A stretch of DNA of 32,000 nt from an archaeon. Its GTDB lineage: Archaea > Asgardarchaeota > Thorarchaeia > Thorarchaeales > Thorarchaeaceae. Shown here one piece after another: positions 8,176 through 16,528 of the stretch. How positions within the stretch are numbered: position 1 is the first letter of the stretch; every line of letters begins with the position of its first letter. The notes beneath the pieces are model-generated. The model saw only the letters and a list, made by a program, of their open reading frames with translations, made no database searches and was not told the DNA's origin. Location: the NCBI GenBank assembly GCA_024275415.1, contig JAJRZD010000127.1:6902-38901 (forward strand). The letters are read 5' to 3'. The translations under genes and the position numbers were made by a program.

Positions 8176-10560
8176 GTGCGCGTGCCCATGATAAATGGGA
8201 GGAGACAAATACAACTACTCACAATCATCGCAATCACTGTGCTACTTATCGGACCTACACTCATTGTGGCTGATGCGGCGTTTTTGCCTTATGCTAAAGT
8301 CACTAAAACGCAGAGCTTCGATAGGGCTGAAAATAATCATACCTATGTATATGTAGGTGGTTCAACAACCTCTACCATCTCAAATAGCTTTATGATCCAA
8401 GAGGAAGACGTTGATATTACATCATATTCATATGGCCGGACTTCTTGGACCGAATCAATCCAGTCCTACTCAGGTCCTGCGGAACGTGAATACTTCTGGT
8501 CTTCGGGAAGTTCAGCAAATTGGGGGTGGTTGTCAGACCCTATTAACTTGCCCAGATTCTATGACCTAACTACTGAGAAGGACGATACTGAACTCGGTGC
8601 CAAGCAGTTCTATAATGTGTTCCCACTTACAGTCGGCGAAGAGAATACACTCTTCATGGAATCCGGCTATTACTATGTAGGCACTTTCAATGTAACGACA
8701 GAAGAGTTCTTCCACATGACCCTTACCGGACATCAAGACGAGAACGAACTAATGGGTCTTGTTTTTGACTTCCAATGGCGAGCTGTGACCGAGTTCTACC
8801 TCGATGGCGGTGACATTGAAGTCGTTCCTTTTGCATCGTATGGTAATGGGACTTACTATGTAATGGTCTGGTTCTACGGAGCGGATCCAGCACCAGCCCC
8901 ATTAGATATTCTCATCGAGCCAGTCGTGCCGGAGTCCATTGATTTTGGGGAGATGGTAGAAGGAAATCTACCCGGAAACGAGTTTGTTATTGATGAGGAT
9001 GGCTCGTATATCTATGAAGAGAAACGGCCTGTCATTTATACGTACAAATTCAGTGCCAATGCAACTCAATATGGTTGTTTGAGTTTTCTGCTGAATGAGC
9101 CTGATATCCCCTTGGCAACTTATCAGACTCAGGTCATCATAACTAGCACATTCTACATAGAGTCGAATCCGGATTATGCATGGATGTATATGCCTAATAC
9201 TCCAAGTGACATTTTCTATTATTCGTCTTTCATAAATGAAACATACTATATTACAATTCAAGGGATGGGTAATACGGATTTCGAGATTTACAACCGACTC
9301 GTTGATATTCCTGATTTGCCATTGAATGACGAATTCTTCATCCAGAACTGGCAAGCTGCATTTATCAGAGTTCCATACAAATTGAATCTTGGACAGGATT
9401 CTGTCCTCCGGATAAATCGGACTGAATGGAACTCAGGCTTTGAGTGGGAGTTGTGGACCATGAAGGACAATGAGAGATGGGATACTTTAATCCTCAGTGA
9501 AGGCTCGACCTTCGAGAGTGCGTCCACGATATATCTTCCAGCAGGTCGCTACCTAATAATAGCAACAAGCAAAAGCCAAACCGCAAGCGGATTGTACGAG
9601 TTCAACCTCGGACCTGTCATTGACGGTGTTGGGAATGTGAATATTGATGTAGACAGAATACTTGGTGTAAGAGTTCCTGTAGAGGATCTCACGTTCTATC
9701 GCAGTAACTTCACGCTCTTGACCCATGATAACATCACCTTAGACATGGACATTGATTTCATGCACCAAGACGGCTACATCCAATATTCAACCATTGCTAC
9801 ATTGGGCAACAGGCAATCTGGCACAGGTTGGGTAGCGTTCGGTGTTAACACTACAAGCTACGAGCTTGGACTGGATGATACAAGCTACAGCCAATTTCTC
9901 ACGGGTCATGTGATTATCGCACTGGCCCCGTATAGGGTCACCAACAATACTGGTGGCGGTGGCGGAAACGAACTCTTTGGGCGTTCTGTCGACATCGCAA
10001 TCACATTCGATGAAGACGCCGATAGGATCATCACTGCTGAAAATACGGTAACCGTTGGTAATGACTTCATCTGGAGTAATTTCACGCTTTCAGCAACAGG
10101 CGACACATCCGAACGCTATGCTTTGCGTATGACAATCACTCCGGGCATATGGGTCAACATCTCGCTCCATACGGATGATGTGACCAGTGGTACGATCTAT
10201 ATGTATCAAGATATCAATGGACGGCCTATTTACTTGACATCGGGATCAATTGGATACACCTTTACAGGAACTCTAACAGATGAAGGTGCCTTCCAGTTTG
10301 GTAGTGTCGGCAGTGAGATTCTTATCGTGATTGATGTGCAAAGAAGCCTTCTAGACGAAGGAAGGCTTGATATCGGTATCCAGCCCATGACAACTAATAC
10401 ATTCGAATCGCCTCCACTGCCTACCTACTATAGCTATGGAGCAACACCCGGTCCAGTTCCACTCGGAGTTGATCCAGCTCTTGCAATTGGAGGAGTGGCA
10501 GTCATCGGAATCGTAGTAGTTGTTGTCGTTATTGTCCTGAAGAAAAAGGGCAAGATCTAG
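8176..10560 (+). CDS. Large membrane-anchored cell-surface glycoprotein with repeated beta-sandwich-like modules
   Basis: N-terminal signal-like hydrophobic stretch, about 12 N-x-S/T sequons, Pro/Gly linker, C-terminal TM IGGVAVIGIVVVVVVIVL and basic tail KKKGKI. Confidence 0.82.
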   Translation: MRVPMINGRRQIQLLTIIAITVLLIGPTLIVADAAFLPYAKVTKTQSFDRAENNHTYVYVGGSTTSTISNSFMIQEEDVDITSYSYGRTSWTESIQSYSGPAEREYFWSSGSSANWGWLSDPINLPRFYDLTTEKDDTELGAKQFYNVFPLTVGEENTLFMESGYYYVGTFNVTTEEFFHMTLTGHQDENELMGLVFDFQWRAVTEFYLDGGDIEVVPFASYGNGTYYVMVWFYGADPAPAPLDILIEPVVPESIDFGEMVEGNLPGNEFVIDEDGSYIYEEKRPVIYTYKFSANATQYGCLSFLLNEPDIPLATYQTQVIITSTFYIESNPDYAWMYMPNTPSDIFYYSSFINETYYITIQGMGNTDFEIYNRLVDIPDLPLNDEFFIQNWQAAFIRVPYKLNLGQDSVLRINRTEWNSGFEWELWTMKDNERWDTLILSEGSTFESASTIYLPAGRYLIIATSKSQTASGLYEFNLGPVIDGVGNVNIDVDRILGVRVPVEDLTFYRSNFTLLTHDNITLDMDIDFMHQDGYIQYSTIATLGNRQSGTGWVAFGVNTTSYELGLDDTSYSQFLTGHVIIALAPYRVTNNTGGGGGNELFGRSVDIAITFDEDADRIITAENTVTVGNDFIWSNFTLSATGDTSERYALRMTITPGIWVNISLHTDDVTSGTIYMYQDINGRPIYLTSGSIGYTFTGTLTDEGAFQFGSVGSEILIVIDVQRSLLDEGRLDIGIQPMTTNTFESPPLPTYYSYGATPGPVPLGVDPALAIGGVAVIGIVVVVVVIVLKKKGKI

Positions 10561-10572
10561 TATAGTCTAATG

Positions 10573-10614
10573 AAGGAATCCTTTTTGGGTTCCTTTTCAC
10601 CTTCTTTTTATTTT
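10573..10614 (+). terminator. Hairpin plus T-rich tract after the surface protein gene
   Basis: AAGGAATCC-TTTTT-GGGTTCCTT stem-loop (10573-10595) followed by TTCACCTTCTTTTTATTTT, 12 nt after the stop. Confidence 0.6.
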
Positions 10615-10742
10615 CATATTGGTAAAATTGCAGGTAAGTGGTAATGGGTATAATTTTGACTCCTGTTGATGCGGACCATCAAATGCAAATCTTGATTCAT
10701 TCAATCGTCAAGTCTTAATCCGGATGTTGTATAGATACTTGT

Positions 10743-10982
10743 ATGAATGACATGAAAAAAGATACAACACTGCGTGATGTGCTCTTGGATGCAGCTCAAA
10801 AGGAGATACGAGTCAGGCTCATAGGTCCTCCTAATACCATTCTTGCAGAAGGATTTGTTGCCTTTGTCAGCGACGAGATTGTGGGAGTAAAACATCAGTT
10901 GAAAGAAGATGTAGACGAGTTCATCTTGATACATAATATCATCAAAGTCCAAATCTTAGGAGAGTCAAGGCAGACATATTGA
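10743..10982 (+). CDS. Small hypothetical protein, possible Sm-like fold
   Basis: 79 aa; helix followed by beta strands with G-x-V-x-x-V-x-D and FI-x-I-x-x-I pattern. Confidence 0.6.
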   Translation: MNDMKKDTTLRDVLLDAAQKEIRVRLIGPPNTILAEGFVAFVSDEIVGVKHQLKEDVDEFILIHNIIKVQILGESRQTY

Positions 10983-11113
10983 AAGCTGTTCAGGTATGGG
11001 TTAAGTCGACGTTTTAGTGAGGCTGAGCACTGAATAGTCCTACTACGGAAATAACTGCATCAATAAAAGAGAAGAGGATTGGCCCCAAATCAGAGCACAA
11101 TCCTGTTGCAGAC

Positions 11114-12283
11114 CTAGATTGTCATCCCTCCGAACACGAGCAAGATATACAGCATCATGACAAAGACTGCAATCATAGCGACTGCTTCTAGGTTGTTAAT
11201 CTTTGCATCATCTGTAATCTTGGTTCTAAGGATGAAGAGTGTTGGGAATGCGAACAGCACTAGTACCACAGAATAAAGGTCGATTGGAATTCCATGATGG
11301 ACATCGGTTAATCCCTGTAAGTACAGATTCAATCCTGATGCGATTAAAGTATAACCGAATATGACAAAGAAGACCTGCACGATGCCACCAAAAGCATTGG
11401 AAAGGGCAATCTCAATCTCTTCTTTGAGGTGGCTAGAAGCCACAATAATATACTCGGGCATGCCAGCAAAGATGACGAGCAATAAGGCTGCTTGGATGAA
11501 GTTCAGTCCCCAGTTACTCTGTGCAAAGTGTGCAAAGTTAGCAAGTGCTTCGCCTCCCAATAATGCACCTAAAGCTGCAAAGATGAGGAAGATGGCCACT
11601 CCCTTCTTTGTTACAGGCCCGTGATGGGTATGTGCGGTTTGCTCCTCGTCTGACTCTGGATCACGCTTCCCATAGTATTTGGTGATGGTATAGAGATACG
11701 CAATGAATACTGCTATGAGTGACCCGCCAAAGACTAGAAGTTCGTCATAGGTGAAATAGAAAGTTTCGCCTGGAAGGATGGGGGAAACGAAGACATGCAG
11801 AAGCAGCATGGAAAATCCGACAGCGAGGCTGATCATGGCACCAACAGTGAGTAGTTCTGAACCTACCCACATGATGGCATCTGGTAAACGGAAATTGCCT
11901 TCCGAGTCCTTGGGGAGAAAAAGACTGTATGTTGCAAAAACTATTGTGTTCACGAATATGGTAGCAAGAGCTAATACCCAAGCAAGCTCGTATTCACCGC
12001 CCAAGATCAGGAATGAAAGGACTGCCAGTTCGGGGATTGTTGCAGCCAAACTCGCGTAGATTCCTGACACGTAGTCAGTCATGTTCATGTTCGCAGATAT
12101 GCCCTCGACTGAGAGGACGAAGGCCTCACTTGAACCTGCGATAAGCATGACACCACCTGCTAGGTCAATGAAAGCAGCTGCATCAGTAGGGAGGTGAATG
12201 CCAATTGATTCGAGTAACATTACTCCAAGTACTAACAAAAGTCCAATAAGATACACAATTTGCCACTTGGCCATCTTAATCAT
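11114..12283 (-). CDS. Cation/Ca2+ exchanger (CaCA, Na+/Ca2+ antiporter family)
   Basis: About 10-11 TM segments in two repeats, alpha-repeat motifs AATIPEL and AGMPEY, central hydrophilic loop. Confidence 0.85.
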   Translation of the reverse strand: MIKMAKWQIVYLIGLLLVLGVMLLESIGIHLPTDAAAFIDLAGGVMLIAGSSEAFVLSVEGISANMNMTDYVSGIYASLAATIPELAVLSFLILGGEYELAWVLALATIFVNTIVFATYSLFLPKDSEGNFRLPDAIMWVGSELLTVGAMISLAVGFSMLLLHVFVSPILPGETFYFTYDELLVFGGSLIAVFIAYLYTITKYYGKRDPESDEEQTAHTHHGPVTKKGVAIFLIFAALGALLGGEALANFAHFAQSNWGLNFIQAALLLVIFAGMPEYIIVASSHLKEEIEIALSNAFGGIVQVFFVIFGYTLIASGLNLYLQGLTDVHHGIPIDLYSVVLVLFAFPTLFILRTKITDDAKINNLEAVAMIAVFVMMLYILLVFGGMTI

Positions 12284-12343
12284 GGTACATACGTCCTGTC
12301 ATGCACTCGCGAGTGAGTGATTTTAAAGGTGACTCCTCTTCGC

Positions 12344-12901
12344 CTATGAGCCGTCAACAAAGACAGCCTTCACCACCTTCGTAGCAGTCCTTCCTAATGC
12401 AACGATCACAATCTGGATCAGGAAGGCTACGACAAAGATTCCAAGGGAGATGGACAACATGAAGAAGCTGAGTGACGAAGCTGCTATAGGCGAGAGATAG
12501 TATCGCCAGACGAGCCAATAGCCATAGATCCCCATGATGAGTATCAGCCCGACTGCCAGTCCATAGAGTGTCAGGACTGTTTTGACGCCCTTGCCTGCAA
12601 GGTCAACAGACCCAATCCCTCGGCCGATAACAGCTCCCTGAATCCGGCGGTTGAACCGCACGAAGAACCCGATGGCACCTATGAAGATGAAGAGTGTAAT
12701 CATCGCACCAATGAGCACTAGGAATACTGCGATGTCAGTGTTAAGGTCTTGGGAAAGCGTCCCTCTGCTGAGGATGTATGCAGCCCCAGAACCAAGGATC
12801 ATGATTGCAGACACAATCTCAGCCACGAATGTTATCGTGGCGGTACCTCTGAACAGACCGCCTATGTCAAGGGTATCTATCTCTTCGTGTGGTTCAGCCA
12901 T
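12344..12901 (-). CDS. Hypothetical membrane protein, 4 TM
   Basis: Four long hydrophobic segments; co-oriented 60 nt upstream of the CaCA gene. Confidence 0.8.
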   Translation of the reverse strand: MAEPHEEIDTLDIGGLFRGTATITFVAEIVSAIMILGSGAAYILSRGTLSQDLNTDIAVFLVLIGAMITLFIFIGAIGFFVRFNRRIQGAVIGRGIGSVDLAGKGVKTVLTLYGLAVGLILIMGIYGYWLVWRYYLSPIAASSLSFFMLSISLGIFVVAFLIQIVIVALGRTATKVVKAVFVDGS

Positions 12902-13022
12902 TATTCTCCCTCGATTCTAACTAGGCTACTGAAACCATCTAATAAAGCCTTGTCGAAGAACTTTTCCATACGCAATCATTTAACTTGGCACTACCAACGA
13001 GAAAAATGAGGCATGAAAGAGT

Positions 13023-13571
13023 ATGGTAAACTACTGGCAAGACCTCACAGCAGGTGCAGACCCTCCTAGTGAGATAAACGTGGTCGTAGAGATGACTAGG
13101 GCAAGCAAGAACAAATACGAGTACGACTGGAAGAACAATATTTTTCGTCTTGACCGCGTACTGTATACATTTGCTCCTTTTGATTATGGTTTCATCCCTA
13201 GAACACTCGATCAGGATGGGGACCCGCTCGATGTTGTCCTCATGATTACAGAACCTACATTCACTGGCTGCTTGGTTCATGCAAGACCCATCGGTATTAT
13301 GGAGATGGACGATGCAGGAAAGATTGATGACAAGATCATCGCAGTACCGATGAAGGATCCCTATTATCGAGACGCGAAAAGTCTTGTGGATCTTCCAAGA
13401 AGTCGAATCGAGGAACTCAAACACTTCTATGCAACTTACAAGATCCAAGAGGGCGGCCATGTCGAGGTTCGGAAAATGCAGGACTTGGGTGAAGCATACA
13501 AGACCATCAAACGTTGCATTAATGACTATGAGGATTATTTGAAGAATAAAGAAAACCAAAAAGAAACTTGA
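13023..13571 (+). CDS. ppa: Inorganic pyrophosphatase, family I
   Basis: NKYEYD, DYGFIPRTL, DGDPLDV signature, DDKIIAVP, HFYATYK. Confidence 0.96.
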   Translation: MVNYWQDLTAGADPPSEINVVVEMTRASKNKYEYDWKNNIFRLDRVLYTFAPFDYGFIPRTLDQDGDPLDVVLMITEPTFTGCLVHARPIGIMEMDDAGKIDDKIIAVPMKDPYYRDAKSLVDLPRSRIEELKHFYATYKIQEGGHVEVRKMQDLGEAYKTIKRCINDYEDYLKNKENQKET

Positions 13572-13637
13572 ATCGTCCACCAAAAGCATCTAAAAGCAAC
13601 CCTCTCAGAAACATTCGTACAAAGGGAGCCACATTCC

Positions 13638-14237
13638 ATGACAACAAGACTTCGATGCAAAGCGGTGGTCTTCGACTTCGATGGCACACTGGCTGACAGT
13701 ATGCCATTCCTTGAAACAATAGGCGTCCAGGTCATGATGAAATACTATGGCATCAGCTTTGATGATGCGACAAAACGATACCGCACGACAACCGGTCTAC
13801 CCTATGAACACCAGATAGAGATGAACTTCCCTGACGACAAGAGGAACAAGGATGCGACTGAAGAGTTCGAACGATTGAAGATAGAACGGATCTTCGAGCA
13901 GGAACTGTTCGCTGATACAAAGGGCACTCTGGAACGGATCCACACTATGGGTTTGGACATTTTCGTGTCGTCCTCGACATTCCAACCTACCATCGAACGG
14001 TATTTTCATAACAAGGGCCTTGGAATGTATTTCCGCGAGATCCTTGGGTATCGTCCCGGGTTCGAGAAGGGAAGACATCATTTCGAGCATATCGAGAAGA
14101 GGCACCAAATCGCCCTTGATACTGTCGTGTTTGTAGGAGATTCACTAAAGGACTACGAAAGGTCGAGAAACTATTGCCAGTTCATCGGTATCGAAGGCAT
14201 TTTCACTGCAGATGATTACCGTCGCATTGGTCATTAA
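13638..14237 (+). CDS. HAD-superfamily hydrolase; probably extends to 14294 past an internal TAA
   Basis: Motif I DFDGTLADS, motif II SST, motif III K in GFEKG, motif IV VGDS..D. Confidence 0.88.
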   Translation: MTTRLRCKAVVFDFDGTLADSMPFLETIGVQVMMKYYGISFDDATKRYRTTTGLPYEHQIEMNFPDDKRNKDATEEFERLKIERIFEQELFADTKGTLERIHTMGLDIFVSSSTFQPTIERYFHNKGLGMYFREILGYRPGFEKGRHHFEHIEKRHQIALDTVVFVGDSLKDYERSRNYCQFIGIEGIFTADDYRRIGH

Positions 14238-14283
14238 GGCTTTGTGGTGGACAGTCTAGGCAAAGTACCTGATCTGCTTGAGG

Positions 14284-15276
14284 CTATAAGCTGATTTTTG
14301 CAGTTTCAGTTACGACCTTCTTTGCCGGGCCCTGTCCCTTCAGCTTGTTCATCTGCTCAAGCACTGTCATTATTTCAACGGCCAGCTCTTCAGAAACTGT
14401 CACCAAGTTCTCTTCAGGTAGTTCTTCCAATACCCGTATGATCTTTTCGAGTGTATGCTTTTTCATCTGCCTGCAAATAGCACCTTCCCAAACAGGGAGG
14501 ATTTTCTTGTCAGGATGAGCTTTCTGCAATTGCTGGATCAAGCCCATCTCAGTGGCGATGATGAATGTGTCATTAGGTGAGTTCTCGATGGCTTGTACCA
14601 TCATGCCTGTAGACCCGATTATGTCTGCTGCTTCTTGCACCTCTGGAGGGCACTCTGGATGTGCAATCGTGATTGCGTCGGGGTATTCTTCTTTCAGCAG
14701 CATAAGCTGTGCAATATCAAACTGGTTGTGGACATAACAATGTCCGCGGGGCTCAATGTCAATGATCTCGATATCCGTATGCCTCCGGACGTATTCTGCC
14801 AGATTAGCATCAGGACCGAAAAGCACTGTTTCCGCACCTAGAGACTCGACCACTTCTATCGCGCTCCCAGAAGTACAGATGCGGTCTGTTTCTGTCTTCG
14901 TTTCCGTTGTGGTATTCATGTAAACGACCACTGGTGCTCCAGGATACTCTTCCTTTTTCTTTCGCAGCTTCTCAGGATTAGCATAAGCAGCCAGCGGACA
15001 CAGAGCCCCTGGGTCAGGAATGTAGACTGGCACTCCATTTGAGAGGACTGCTGCCATCTCAGCCATGAAACGGACACCTGAGAAGACAATCAGGTCATAT
15101 CCGGTAATCTCGGCTGATTTCTGGGCAAGCTGTAACGAGTCGCCAGTGAAATCGGCAATCTCTTGAATCTCTATTCTCTGATAGTTGTGAGCAAATATCA
15201 GCGCGTTCCGTTCCGCCTTGAGTTCGAGGATTCGCTTTTGCAAATCGGTGTACTTTTTGTCCATGGTGGTAAGCAC
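14284..15276 (-). CDS. nadA: Quinolinate synthase; likely start ATG 15264
   Basis: AHNYQ, GDSLQLA, GVRFMAE, CPLA, VYMNT, CTSG, FGPDANL, CYVH, HPEC, TEMG, CRQMK (three Fe-S Cys). Confidence 0.96.
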   Translation of the reverse strand: MLTTMDKKYTDLQKRILELKAERNALIFAHNYQRIEIQEIADFTGDSLQLAQKSAEITGYDLIVFSGVRFMAEMAAVLSNGVPVYIPDPGALCPLAAYANPEKLRKKKEEYPGAPVVVYMNTTTETKTETDRICTSGSAIEVVESLGAETVLFGPDANLAEYVRRHTDIEIIDIEPRGHCYVHNQFDIAQLMLLKEEYPDAITIAHPECPPEVQEAADIIGSTGMMVQAIENSPNDTFIIATEMGLIQQLQKAHPDKKILPVWEGAICRQMKKHTLEKIIRVLEELPEENLVTVSEELAVEIMTVLEQMNKLKGQGPAKKVVTETAKISL

Positions 15277-15297
15277 CCTGCAAAGCTATCCGCCTTG

Positions 15298-15315
15298 CTT
15301 TATAATGGAATTCCA
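15298..15315 (-). promoter_or_regulatory. nadA TATA box with adjoining palindrome
   Basis: Minus-strand TTATAAAG at 15298-15305, about 34 nt before ATG 15264; perfect palindrome TGGAATTCCA at 15306-15315 in the BRE position. Confidence 0.5.
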
Positions 15316-15452
15316 ATCGGCAAATGATGGTTCTGTGTTTATCAACCGGCAACTTTTGCCTGTGTTTCATGGCGCATGTATGATGTTTCAGGTTGATTTA
15401 AGAGGAATAGGAAATAGAATGGCATTACCTCAGATATGGTGGACTTGAAAAT

Positions 15453-16499
15453 ATGAAAGTGGCGATTGTATCAGGTAACACTTCATCAATGATAGAAGAC
15501 GCAGATACAATTGCAGAGTTTCTCAACAACGGGAGCTTCGAGATTGTCAAGAGGGGGACAGTCAGTGCGAGTTCCAAGAGTATCGGACGGGAACTAACAA
15601 AATATACACCTGACATCTTAATTGTGATCGGCTCGGACAGGACACTGTTGAATGTGCTTCTTTCGTTGGGAGAGGTATCAGTCCCTGTTCTGCCGGTGGC
15701 TTCGAGGGGACATCCAGGTTTCCTGTTCGATGTCACATCATCGGACTTTGAACAGATTGTTGATGACATCTCCGAACACAAATGGACTGAAGAACGACGT
15801 ACCAGATTCGTTGCAAGTATCGGTAAAAAAAAGACGCCTCCATTCCTCAACGAGATAGCTATCTTTCCCCGGAGGACTGCCACATTGCTTCGATATTCGC
15901 TCTTTCTTGATGACGAGGAATTCTGGCGAGATGGGAGTGATGGTGTGATCGTATCGACTCCCACAGGTAGCACGGCATATGCGATGAGTGGAGGAGGCCC
16001 TATCATTCTGCACCCGGCATGTGTCTTCAATATCGTATCGGTGAACAGCGGCAACCCCGCCCGGAAACCTCTAGTAGTCCCAGATGACATCCGTGTTGAG
16101 ATCCGCAACCTTACGAGTTCCGTGTCAATAGATGCAGTTGTTGACGGGCAAACTAGACTCCCTGTGAAAGAGGGCAATGTTGTGTTCCAAAAATCACATG
16201 CTGATGCAGTATTTGTCAAGTTCACTGATGAGAGAGTAGCAGCGCTTCATGGTAAGTTGATGAGAAAAACTGAGGTTCGAGATGAAAGAGCTTCAGACCT
16301 TCCACCAAGCGCGAAACTTGTGTTGAAAGTCCTTGAATACCAAGGGTCGATGACCCAGAAGCAGATAATTGACGAAACCAATCTACCCCCAAGGACTGTT
16401 AGATATGCTCTGTCCCTCCTAGTTTCAGAGAATCTTGTGAAAAAACAGATTTCGCTTCGAGACAGCAGGCAGGCTCTTTATGCAATCAAAGAGGGATAA
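15453..16499 (+). CDS. nadK: NAD kinase-family domain fused to a C-terminal winged HTH
   Basis: GSDRT (degenerate GGDGT), LNEI, DGVIVSTPTGSTAYAMSGGGP, VDGQ; C-terminal LPPSAKLVLKVL..G.MTQKQI..ETNLPPRTVRYAL...RDSRQ wHTH. Confidence 0.87.
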   Translation: MKVAIVSGNTSSMIEDADTIAEFLNNGSFEIVKRGTVSASSKSIGRELTKYTPDILIVIGSDRTLLNVLLSLGEVSVPVLPVASRGHPGFLFDVTSSDFEQIVDDISEHKWTEERRTRFVASIGKKKTPPFLNEIAIFPRRTATLLRYSLFLDDEEFWRDGSDGVIVSTPTGSTAYAMSGGGPIILHPACVFNIVSVNSGNPARKPLVVPDDIRVEIRNLTSSVSIDAVVDGQTRLPVKEGNVVFQKSHADAVFVKFTDERVAALHGKLMRKTEVRDERASDLPPSAKLVLKVLEYQGSMTQKQIIDETNLPPRTVRYALSLLVSENLVKKQISLRDSRQALYAIKEG

Positions 16500-16528
16500 T
16501 TCCCATTGCTGACTGATGATGTGGTTAT

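Noticed and set aside
12939-13589. 216-aa minus-strand ORF
   Set aside because: Antisense shadow of ppa with no recognisable motifs
787-14237. TAA stop-codon reassignment explaining two internal TAAs
   Set aside because: TAA terminates apparently complete genes (sec11, NADK-wHTH, m6A MTase), and the Fe-S case is better explained by a frameshift
15425-16225. 266-aa minus-strand ORF
   Set aside because: Antisense shadow of the NAD kinase domain; Ser/Thr-rich, unprotein-like
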